From Abditibacteriaceae bacterium (lineage in GTDB: Bacteria > Armatimonadota > Abditibacteriia > Abditibacteriales > Abditibacteriaceae): a DNA stretch of 14,191 nt. The stretch's first letter is position 1, and every line of letters starts with the position of its first letter. The translations under genes were made by a program, and so were the position numbers. Location of the stretch: contig JANPJS010000296.1 in the NCBI GenBank assembly GCA_031425655.1, forward strand, positions 1 to 14,191. The letters run 5' to 3'. Below the pieces are notes generated by a model that did no database searches, had not been told where the DNA came from, and was given only the letters and a program-made list of their open reading frames with translations. This document shows positions 6,995 through 14,191 of this stretch, in pieces.

Positions 6995-7223
6995 TCATGT
7001 TACGCAGTTGAGGTGTGTTAGGCGGATAAACCACTCAGGCATTGAGTCATTCTGAGTCCTGCCCAGAGGGCACCCGGAAGAATCTAGGCGTAAGAGCCTC
7101 CTCACTCAGCATGAGCAAAAGCACCGCAGAGGCCGAGATTCTTCCGGGTGCCCTCTGGGCAGGACTCAGAATGACAGCGCTTCTTGAATTTGCCTGCCTA
7201 ACACACTCCACTGTGTAACATGA
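6995..7223. repeat. Nested inverted repeats: outer imperfect ~35-bp pair around a perfect 40-bp REP-like pair
   Basis: Outer pair is tcatgttacgcagttgaggtgtgttaggc / gcctaacacactccactgtgtaacatga. Inner 7046-7085 is the exact reverse complement of 7136-7175, with a 50-bp spacer. Confidence 0.92.
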
Positions 7224-7225
7224 GT

Positions 7226-8392
7226 TTATCCCAGCTTTTTCAGCACCAATTCGAGTTGCTCTTGCAGCACTTTGACTTGCTTTTCCAAGTCGCGCACGGT
7301 GCGCGCGGTTTCGGGGAGTTTGCGCCACGCGGCTTCCATTCTCATGCGCTGACGACCGGGAATGGCGGGCGTGCCGGCCACGAATTCGCCGTCGGGCACG
7401 TCGTCCATCACGCCGCTTTTGGCGGCGACGATGGCGCCTTTGCCGATGCGAACGTGGTCGCGCGAGCCGGCTTGTCCGGCTAAAATCGCGCCGTCTTCGA
7501 CGATTACGCTGCCGCTTAAGCCGGCTTGGCCGCAAATGATGCAGTTGCGTCCGATTTGCACGTTGTGCGCGATTTGCACCAGATTATCAATCTTGCTGCC
7601 GACGCCGATGCGCGTGGCGCCCAATGTGGCGCGGTCAATAGCGACGTTAGCGCCGATTTCCACGTCTTCTTCGATAATCACGGTGCCGACTTGCGGGACT
7701 TTATAATGCTTGCCTTTTTCGTCGGGCACATAACCGAAGCCGTCGCCACCGATGACCGTGCCCGAATGCACACGCACGCGCGCTCCGATGCTGACGTGAT
7801 TGCCAATGACAACCGAAGGAAAAAACACGCAGTTTTCGCCGATTTGCGCGCCGTCGCCGATGACGACGTGAGGATAAAGAATCGCGCCGTCGGCGATGCG
7901 CGCATGGCGTCCGACGTAGCAAAATTCGCGGATAGTGACGTTTTCGCCGATAATCGCCGTTGGCTCAATGATGGCCGAGGCGTGAATGCCCACTTCGGGC
8001 TGCGGGGCCGGCTGAAAAAATTCCACAACGCGCGCAAACGCCAAGCGCGGATTGCCCGAAAGCAAAACCGGCTTTCCGGTTTCGCTTTGCACGCGGCGCG
8101 CTTCGGCTTCGCTGCTGGTCGGCACGATCAGCGCCGCTGCGGCGCTGTCCATCGCTGAAGTCACGCGATGATCTTGATCCACGAAGGCTAAGGCGCCCGG
8201 CACCACTTCGTCAAGGCTGGTCACGCTGGTAATGACCGTTTCCGCATCGCCGATGAGTTCGGTTTCGAGCAGGCGCGCGATGTCGCCCAGAGTCATCTGG
8301 CGCGCGTTGAAAGTGCGCGTTTCATCGCTCGCCTTCACGGTTTTCACCGCAAGATGGCCCTTGGCTGTGGTGGTGGAGTGTGTTTTAGCCAT
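7226..8392 (-). CDS. lpxD: UDP-3-O-(3-hydroxyacyl)glucosamine N-acyltransferase
   Basis: NPRLAFA, hexapeptide repeats, HSGTVIGGDGFGY, KVPQVGTVIIEEDVEIGAN.AIDRA, KIDNLVQIAHNVQIG, GTPA. Confidence 0.98.
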   Translation of the reverse strand: MAKTHSTTTAKGHLAVKTVKASDETRTFNARQMTLGDIARLLETELIGDAETVITSVTSLDEVVPGALAFVDQDHRVTSAMDSAAAALIVPTSSEAEARRVQSETGKPVLLSGNPRLAFARVVEFFQPAPQPEVGIHASAIIEPTAIIGENVTIREFCYVGRHARIADGAILYPHVVIGDGAQIGENCVFFPSVVIGNHVSIGARVRVHSGTVIGGDGFGYVPDEKGKHYKVPQVGTVIIEEDVEIGANVAIDRATLGATRIGVGSKIDNLVQIAHNVQIGRNCIICGQAGLSGSVIVEDGAILAGQAGSRDHVRIGKGAIVAAKSGVMDDVPDGEFVAGTPAIPGRQRMRMEAAWRKLPETARTVRDLEKQVKVLQEQLELVLKKLG

Positions 8393-8463
8393 CGAAATTT
8401 ATGCTCCCGTGTCAATCATCAGATTTTTGTGCGTTCGCGCTCATTGGCAGCTATCTTAGCAAA

Positions 8464-9855
8464 TCACGACAAATTTAAAAGGCGAAGCGCTTCGCCGGTG
8501 CGGTCGGGCGTGCCTTTCGCGTGGCGTGTTTGCAGCTTCCAGCCCCGGCGCCGGGCAATGGCCTGCGCCCATCGCTCGGCTTCCTGCCACGCTTGACGGC
8601 GCAAAGTCTGCGCGCGATTCAATGCGCGCGGCGCGCTTTGCAAAGCCCGAATGGGCCGTGCCGCGATAGTTTTCTCGCCCGAAAACGCGCCTGCCGACGA
8701 CACGAGCGAGCCATTGGTTGAAATTATTTCTTTATCAATTCGATGAGCGATGGCGTTGCCGCGCACCCACGCCAGCGCTCCGGCTTGGCTTGCAGGGCTG
8801 TTTTCTATGCCTTGCGCGGCTAATCCCGCGCCCGGCAGGCGAATGAAAAGCAAGCCGTCCGGCGCGCCGGTTTCGGCGGGCGAAAAGCCGGCGGCGATGC
8901 GCTCTCGCAGCGCGCCGGCCACGCTTTCTCGCAGCGCGGTGTCCTGCTTGGATTGGGTTTGCAGGCGCTCTGCCATGCTCGTTTTGCCTTCGTTGCGCAT
9001 TTTTTCCGGCATCTCGAATTGTAGTTTCTTCAATTCTTCCAGGCGCGCGTTTTCCTGAACGCGCAATTCCCCACGCCACTTGGCTTCGAGATAACGTAAG
9101 CGCATCAATGCGGCAGCGCGCTCGGCGTCGGGCAGCGGAGAGTTATCGAAGAGCTTCGCGTTCAGGTTCGAGAGCAGCTTCAAGCGTAAATTCGTCATTT
9201 CCAATTGCACGTCGAGCGGCGGCAAAATCGGCTCTAAACCCGTGAGCGATAAGCGTTGCTGAGCTTCGATTTCGTCTTCAAGTTCGGTATGCCACAGGAT
9301 ATGCTCTTCCTCGCGCGCGGCTTGCTGGCGTTCGGCGATGTCGCCTAAAAAGCCGGTAAACGCGGCCTGCTGGCGGCTTTGCGCGGCTTTTTCCAGAGGA
9401 ACAGCCTCGCGGGCGCCCAGCCGTTGCGGCGGACGGCTGTAAGCCGCGACTTCGCCGATGGGCGCGCCGTCTTCGGTTTCGCTCGTCGCTTGCGGCGGGG
9501 CCGACACCGCGCGTTGCAGCGGCGCGCTGCGCAGTTCTACCGCTTGCGGCGACTGCGGCGCCGATAAACCGGAAAAGCTCAGGGTTTTGTCGCTGCGTTT
9601 TTCCAGTGCGTTCGCCAATCGCCACGCCGGATGACGCGCGGCGATGGCCGCCACGTCAATAAAAGCCACAGGCGTTTGCGCGGGCGCAGACGCCGCGCTT
9701 GGCGTATTCAAGCGTTGCTGCGTTGCTTTGAAAAACGCGCCGAAATCGGGCGGCGCCTGGCCGGGCGCGCCGCTTTTAGAAGTGCAGCCGGCCAGCCACA
9801 GCCCCGCCGCGCTCAAAGCGGCGCAGCGCAATCTGGTTTTAAGCGCGCATTTCAT
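8464..9855 (-). CDS. Hypothetical lipoprotein with Skp/OmpH-like termini and coiled-coil core (463 aa)
   Basis: Signal peptide with lipobox LAG-C from ATG 9855; VAFIDVAAI...HP near the N-terminus; IARRRGWKL...DRTGEALRLL at the C-terminus; located between skp and lpxD. Confidence 0.75.
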   Translation of the reverse strand: MKCALKTRLRCAALSAAGLWLAGCTSKSGAPGQAPPDFGAFFKATQQRLNTPSAASAPAQTPVAFIDVAAIAARHPAWRLANALEKRSDKTLSFSGLSAPQSPQAVELRSAPLQRAVSAPPQATSETEDGAPIGEVAAYSRPPQRLGAREAVPLEKAAQSRQQAAFTGFLGDIAERQQAAREEEHILWHTELEDEIEAQQRLSLTGLEPILPPLDVQLEMTNLRLKLLSNLNAKLFDNSPLPDAERAAALMRLRYLEAKWRGELRVQENARLEELKKLQFEMPEKMRNEGKTSMAERLQTQSKQDTALRESVAGALRERIAAGFSPAETGAPDGLLFIRLPGAGLAAQGIENSPASQAGALAWVRGNAIAHRIDKEIISTNGSLVSSAGAFSGEKTIAARPIRALQSAPRALNRAQTLRRQAWQEAERWAQAIARRRGWKLQTRHAKGTPDRTGEALRLLNLS

Positions 9856-9885
9856 AGTGTTACGTCCTGAGAGCTGAACTTTCGC

Positions 9886-9994
9886 AACGGGACACGGAGC
9901 CTTCGGCCACACGGAAACAACACGGATTTTCACAGATCAATCCAAAACCGTGTCAATCTGTGCTGTTTCCGTGTGCGAAGTTCCGTGTTCCATT
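9886..9994. repeat. Palindromic intergenic element (REP/MITE-like), family A copy 2
   Basis: aacgggacacgga..cttcg..cacacggaaacaacacggat...atctgtgctgtttccgtgtgcgaagttccgtgttccatt is self-complementary and shares long blocks with 1680-1804. Confidence 0.85.
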
Positions 9995-10059
9995 ACAAAG
10001 TTTCACGCTCTCGCTCGTCCTTGTGTGCAAGTTTTGACCGCCGGCGCTGCCAAACGACG

Positions 10060-10093
10060 CACGCCCGCAAATCGTGTTCGATTCGCGGGCGTG
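10060..10093 (-). terminator. Stem-loop downstream of skp (terminator or mRNA stabiliser)
   Basis: 15-bp stem cacgcccgcgaatcg-aaca-cgatttgcgggcgtg on the - strand, 21 nt after the stop; weak U tail. Confidence 0.55.
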
Positions 10094-10114
10094 GAAGACA
10101 TTTGCGCCGGATTG

Positions 10115-10741
10115 TTACTTGTTGAGCGCTTCAACCACATCGTTGGTGATGTCCACAGAGTCTTCGTTCCACACCAGAGCGCGCTTGCGGATGACCATCT
10201 TCAAGCCTTTTTTCTTGGCGACTTGGCCGATAACCGTGTTGGCCTGATCGGTGTATTTCTTTTCGGTTTCTTCCTGCTCATCTTTGATTTTGCCGAATAG
10301 CTTGTCGGACAGCGCCCGCAGCGAAGTGTCGTTGCCTTTCGAGTAGGAAAGGAATTTGTCCACTTTGGCTTTTTCGTCGGCGTTGCGCTCCGGCTTGGCG
10401 ATGAGCGCCAGATATTCCGCGCGGCGGTCGGTGCCGGTTTTGACCAAAGTTTGAAAAGCGCCTTCTTCGGGCGTCGTGCGCGGCGATTTCAGAATCGCTT
10501 CGTCGAACTGCTTGCCTTCGTCAGGGCTGAGCAATTCGCGCGCTTCGAGCTGGCGGTCAATGGCTTTGGCTTTTTTATCCAGATCGTCCAACGCTTTTTT
10601 GTAGGCCACATATTTGTCGGCCAATACGTCTTCGTCCACGACGCCGGCGTTGGTCTGCGCCTGCGCCGGTGTCGCCAATCCAAATCCCAGAGCGCAAACG
10701 GCCAACAAGCCCAGCGCTTTCCATCCCTGCTTCAACTTCAT
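10115..10741 (-). CDS. skp: OmpH/Skp family periplasmic outer-membrane-protein chaperone
   Basis: Sec signal ending AQA, GVVDEDVL, long helical core, C-terminal VAKKKGLKMVI...VDITNDVVEALN; AGGAG RBS; upstream of lpxD. Confidence 0.85.
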   Translation of the reverse strand: MKLKQGWKALGLLAVCALGFGLATPAQAQTNAGVVDEDVLADKYVAYKKALDDLDKKAKAIDRQLEARELLSPDEGKQFDEAILKSPRTTPEEGAFQTLVKTGTDRRAEYLALIAKPERNADEKAKVDKFLSYSKGNDTSLRALSDKLFGKIKDEQEETEKKYTDQANTVIGQVAKKKGLKMVIRKRALVWNEDSVDITNDVVEALNK

Positions 10742-10831
10742 AGTTCTCCTTGAATGATGCCGCGACGCTGCTTTTCGTCGCGTCGGGGCGACAGTTTGCC
10801 GTATCTTCGAGCGTTTGGCACGCTCCAGACG

Positions 10832-10872
10832 GCAGCGAACCCCGACGCCATTGGGCTATCAGGGTTCGCTGC
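10832..10872. terminator. Stem-loop downstream of moeB
   Basis: gcagcgaaccc ... gggttcgctgc perfect 11-bp stem, 12 nt from the moeB stop. Confidence 0.5.
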
Positions 10873-10884
10873 GCGCCGCACTTT

Positions 10885-12030
10885 TTAATAACGAGGCATT
10901 TCCTGATCTACCTGCGAGGCCCACGCATCAATGCCGCCCGCGAGGTTTTTCAGCTTGGAAAAGCCCATTTTCTGCAAAAATCCGATGGCTTTGGCCGAAC
11001 GCATTCCGTGATGGCAATAGACAACCATGTCGTCGGCGGTATCGAGTTCGTTCATGCGTTCCGGCAAATCGCCTAAAGCGATCAATTTGGCGCCGGGCAG
11101 GGTAGCGATTTCCCATTCCTGCGGTTCGCGCACATCGAGCAGCGTCAGTTTGCGGCCCGTTGCCAGCGATTCCTGCAACTGCTTGGCGGTAATGGCTTCC
11201 AGCGGGCCGGAGTCTTCGTCTTCGTTGCCGCGCCCGTAGCCGCAAAAATAATCGTAATCCTGCAACTCGGTGATGGTGCGGTGATCACCACAAACCGGGC
11301 AGGACGGGTCTTTGCGAATCTTGAGTTCGCGGAATTTCATGTCCAAAGCGTCGTAGAGCAGCAGGCGGCCAACCAGAGGCCGGCCTTTGCCCATCAGCAA
11401 TTTGATGGCTTCGGTCGCCTGAATGGTGCCGACCACGCCCGGCAAAATGCCTAAGACGCCACCTTCGGCGCAACTTGGCACCATGCCCGGCGGCGGCGCT
11501 TCGGGATACAGGCAGCGATAGCACGGCCCGTCGGGCGCGCAAAAGACGGTGCTTTGCCCATCGAAGCGGAAAATCGAGCCGTAAACGTTGAGTTTGCCCT
11601 CGAAAATGCAAGCATCGTTGACCATGTAGCGCGTCTGAAAATTGTCCGTTCCGTCCACAACGATGTCGCAGTCACGGATAAGCTCGCGCACGTTTTCGTT
11701 GGAAAGCTGATCTTGAATCGCGTTCACTTTAACGTGCGGATTGACTTCGTGAATGCGCCGCTTCGCCGATTCGACTTTGGGCACGCCAACCGACGAGGTA
11801 TCGTGCAAAATCTGGCGCTGCAAATTGGAAACGTCCACCACGTCCGGGTCAATGATCGTCATTTCGCCGACGCCGCTGGCCGCCAAATACAGCGCGGACG
11901 GCGAACCCAATCCGCCCGCACCGACCATAAGAATCTTTGATTCTTTGAGCTTTTCCTGTCCTTGAGGCCCGACTTCGGGCATGATGAGGTGCCGTCCGTA
12001 GCGCAGCACTTCCTGATTCGTGAGTTTCAT
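10885..12030 (-). CDS. moeB: Molybdopterin-synthase adenylyltransferase / sulfur-carrier activating enzyme, MoeB/MoeZ type (ThiF + rhodanese)
   Basis: RYGRHLIMPEVG..GQEKL, VGAGGLGSP, SNLQRQ, DGTDNFQTRY, CYRC, SCAEGGVLG, CPVCG; rhodanese domain DVREPQEW...YCHHGMRS...LAGGIDAW. Confidence 0.95.
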   Translation of the reverse strand: MKLTNQEVLRYGRHLIMPEVGPQGQEKLKESKILMVGAGGLGSPSALYLAASGVGEMTIIDPDVVDVSNLQRQILHDTSSVGVPKVESAKRRIHEVNPHVKVNAIQDQLSNENVRELIRDCDIVVDGTDNFQTRYMVNDACIFEGKLNVYGSIFRFDGQSTVFCAPDGPCYRCLYPEAPPPGMVPSCAEGGVLGILPGVVGTIQATEAIKLLMGKGRPLVGRLLLYDALDMKFRELKIRKDPSCPVCGDHRTITELQDYDYFCGYGRGNEDEDSGPLEAITAKQLQESLATGRKLTLLDVREPQEWEIATLPGAKLIALGDLPERMNELDTADDMVVYCHHGMRSAKAIGFLQKMGFSKLKNLAGGIDAWASQVDQEMPRY

Positions 12031-12236
12031 TTCTGCAACCTTAAACTCGAATTTTCAGCAAAACCGCGTCTTTCGCGCGCTTTTCGCTGTCCTGCGTTGC
12101 CTAAACGCCGTAAAGTCCCCGGCGTTTCCCCTTTAGTCTACCTGCGAGGGGTGTATTTGATTTTAGCGAAGGGCGGCAAGCTCTCGCGCGGCTTAAATTT
12201 TCCCATAAACGCGCTTCATCGGCTAACCTGATAAAT

Positions 12237-13163
12237 ATGCCTGAGATTTTTAAGATTTGCGTTACGAGCCACTTTGAAGGAACGGCCCGCAGGATTTTAG
12301 AAGACACCCCGCCTCATATTGTGAGTTTTGACAAAAACGATTTGGCTTTGGCCGACATCGCGTTTGGACAGCCCGACGTGCAAACGCTGATGCAATCGCC
12401 GTCGCTGCGTTGGGCGCACATTTCCAGCGCCGGTTATACCAACTACGACCGCGACGACGTGCGCGCCGCATTGCAAGCGCGCGGCGCGATTCTCACCACC
12501 AGCTCGCACGTTTTTAATGAGCCATGCGCGCAACACGCCGCCGCGATGATTCTGGCGCAGGCGCGCCAATTGCCGCAATCGTGGCAGGAGCGCGGTCAGT
12601 GGAACGGCGGCGAACGCCGCGCCAACAGCTTTTTGCTCAACCAACAAACGGTGCTTTTTCTCGGTTTCGGCGCCATCGGAGTGCGTTTGGCGGCGATGCT
12701 GACGCCTTTTGGCATGAAAATTACCGCGCTGCGTCGCCAACCAAGCGGTGACGAAGGCATAAAAATCATTGGCGAAGATCAACTCGGCGAAGCGTTGAGA
12801 ATTGCCGATCACGTCGTTAATATCTTGCCGGAAAACGACGCAACGCGCGGCTTCGTTTCCGCCGCGCGATTGGCGCAAATGAAGCGCGGTGCGCGTTATT
12901 ATTCCATCGGACGCGGCTCGACGACCGATCAGGAGGCGCTGCTTGAACTCTTACAAATGGGCCATCTCGGCGCGGCGTATCTCGATGTAACCACGCCCGA
13001 ACCTTTGCCGCCGGAGCACCCGCTGTGGGGTGCGCCCAACTGCTTCATTACGCCGCATTCGGCGGGCGGCCATCAAGGCGAAGATATTCGTTTGGCTTAC
13101 CATTTTTGTGCTAACCTGCGCGCTTTTCAAGCCGGTAGGGGATTAATAGATCGCGTGATTTAA
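12237..13163 (+). CDS. D-2-hydroxyacid dehydrogenase, NAD(P)-binding
   Basis: GFGAIG Rossmann motif, IGRG (catalytic Arg), LDVTTPEPLP (Glu), ITPHSAG (His). Confidence 0.93.
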   Translation: MPEIFKICVTSHFEGTARRILEDTPPHIVSFDKNDLALADIAFGQPDVQTLMQSPSLRWAHISSAGYTNYDRDDVRAALQARGAILTTSSHVFNEPCAQHAAAMILAQARQLPQSWQERGQWNGGERRANSFLLNQQTVLFLGFGAIGVRLAAMLTPFGMKITALRRQPSGDEGIKIIGEDQLGEALRIADHVVNILPENDATRGFVSAARLAQMKRGARYYSIGRGSTTDQEALLELLQMGHLGAAYLDVTTPEPLPPEHPLWGAPNCFITPHSAGGHQGEDIRLAYHFCANLRAFQAGRGLIDRVI

Positions 13164-14170
13164 TGACCCCGCTTCTGCTTTTAGTCGGCCCGACGGGAAG
13201 CGGTAAAACCGCAACGGCCATCGAATTGTGCCAAATGCTTGATGGCGAAATCGTGTCTGCGGATTCGATGCAAATCTATCGCGGCTGCGACATCGTGACG
13301 GCCAAACCGAGCGCCGCCGAACAAACTGCCGCGCGCCATCACCTGATTGACATTTGCGACCCGCGCGAAACTTATTCCGCCGCACGTTGGGCCGACGATG
13401 CGCGCCGCGCCATTGACGACATTGCTTCGCGCGGAAAAACGCCGATTATCGCCGGCGGCACAGGCTTCTATATTCGCGCGCTGCTTGACCCCGACCTCGT
13501 GGCGCCGGTGCCGCCAAACCCCGAACTGCGCGCTGAACTTGAAACTGAACTGGCCGCGCACGGCAAGCAATGGCTGCACGAAAAACTGCGTTCGCTGGAC
13601 TCTGCCGCCGCCGCGCGTTTGCATTTCAACGATGTGCATCGTGTAATGCGTGCGATTGAAGTGGTGGACGGCGGGAGGCGGACGGCGGGAGGCGGGAGGC
13701 GGGAGGCGGACGGCGGGAGGCGGGAGGCGGGAAGCGGACGGCGGGAGGCGGACGGCAGTCAGCTAAGCGACCAACTGCCTCCTGCCTCCTGCTTCCTGCC
13801 GTCGGTCTTCGGCCTCGCCGTGCCGCGCGAAACGCTTTATCTACGACTCGAAACGCGCGTGGACGCGATGCTGGCAATGGGCGCCTTAGACGAACTGCGG
13901 GGTTTGCTCGAAAGCGGCGTTCCGACTGACGCGCCGGCTTTGCAGGGCGTTGGTTATCGCCAGCTTTTGCCGGCGCTGGATGACCCGTCGCAACTGCCCG
14001 CCGCCGTCGAATTGTGGAAACGCGACACACGCCGCTATGCCAAGCGCCAGATGACGTGGTTTCGCCATCAATTGCCGACGCAATGGTTTGAAATAGATGA
14101 ATCGGAGCCGTCAGACATTGCGCGACAAATCGCGCTGCAATGGCGCGCCGGGCACCACTCAGAACGATAA
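13163..14170 (+). CDS. miaA: tRNA (adenosine(37)-N6)-dimethylallyltransferase
   Basis: GPTGSGKT, EIVSADSMQIYRG.DI.TAKP, HHLIDI, GGTGFY, RAIEV, GVGYRQ, TRRYAKRQMTWFR; TAATG stop/start overlap with the upstream gene. Confidence 0.98.
   Translation: MTPLLLLVGPTGSGKTATAIELCQMLDGEIVSADSMQIYRGCDIVTAKPSAAEQTAARHHLIDICDPRETYSAARWADDARRAIDDIASRGKTPIIAGGTGFYIRALLDPDLVAPVPPNPELRAELETELAAHGKQWLHEKLRSLDSAAAARLHFNDVHRVMRAIEVVDGGRRTAGGGRREADGGRREAGSGRREADGSQLSDQLPPASCFLPSVFGLAVPRETLYLRLETRVDAMLAMGALDELRGLLESGVPTDAPALQGVGYRQLLPALDDPSQLPAAVELWKRDTRRYAKRQMTWFRHQLPTQWFEIDESEPSDIARQIALQWRAGHHSER
13663..13802 (+). repeat. Heptamer tandem repeat (GGCGGGA/GGCGGAC x13) plus inverted heptamers (CTGCCTC-like x4), in frame within miaA
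   Basis: 13 units at 13663-13753; complementary-type units at 13775-13802. Confidence 0.92.
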
Positions 14171-14191
14171 ACGGGAAGGCGGAAAGGGCGG

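Noticed and set aside
9856..9933. ORF-track N-terminal extension of the 489-aa protein
   Set aside because: It starts inside the family A repeat. ATG 9855 gives a proper signal peptide and lipobox.
10907..12149. 13-bp direct repeat tctacctgcgagg at 10907-10919 and 12137-12149
   Set aside because: One copy is inside the moeB coding sequence and there are no other signs of an integrated element, so it is plausibly chance.
12205..12236. ttatcag...ccgatgaagc on the - strand, reminiscent of SAM-I riboswitch fragments
   Set aside because: The P2 kink-turn segment, the GCAACC motif and the closing P1 strand are missing.

Overview
GC-rich bacterial chromosomal window from a diderm, as shown by lpxD and skp. 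Codon style and gene content would fit Armatimonadota/Abditibacteriota, but that is only an impression. It holds the conserved thrS-infC-rpmI-rplT translation cluster (- strand), a stand-alone SF2 DExH helicase (+), a DUF4160/DUF2442-like putative toxin-antitoxin pair (-), an envelope cluster of skp, a Skp-like lipoprotein and lpxD (-), moeB/moeZ (-), a D-2-hydroxyacid dehydrogenase and miaA (+). The most unusual content is non-coding: several intergenic gaps hold long inverted repeats from different families, inserted inside one another. There are four concentric pairs at 3937-4362 and two at 6995-7223. A 20-bp mini-hairpin cassette is shared between two unrelated repeat families, and a heptamer repeat array sits in frame inside miaA. 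No transposase, rRNA, tRNA or CRISPR array was seen.
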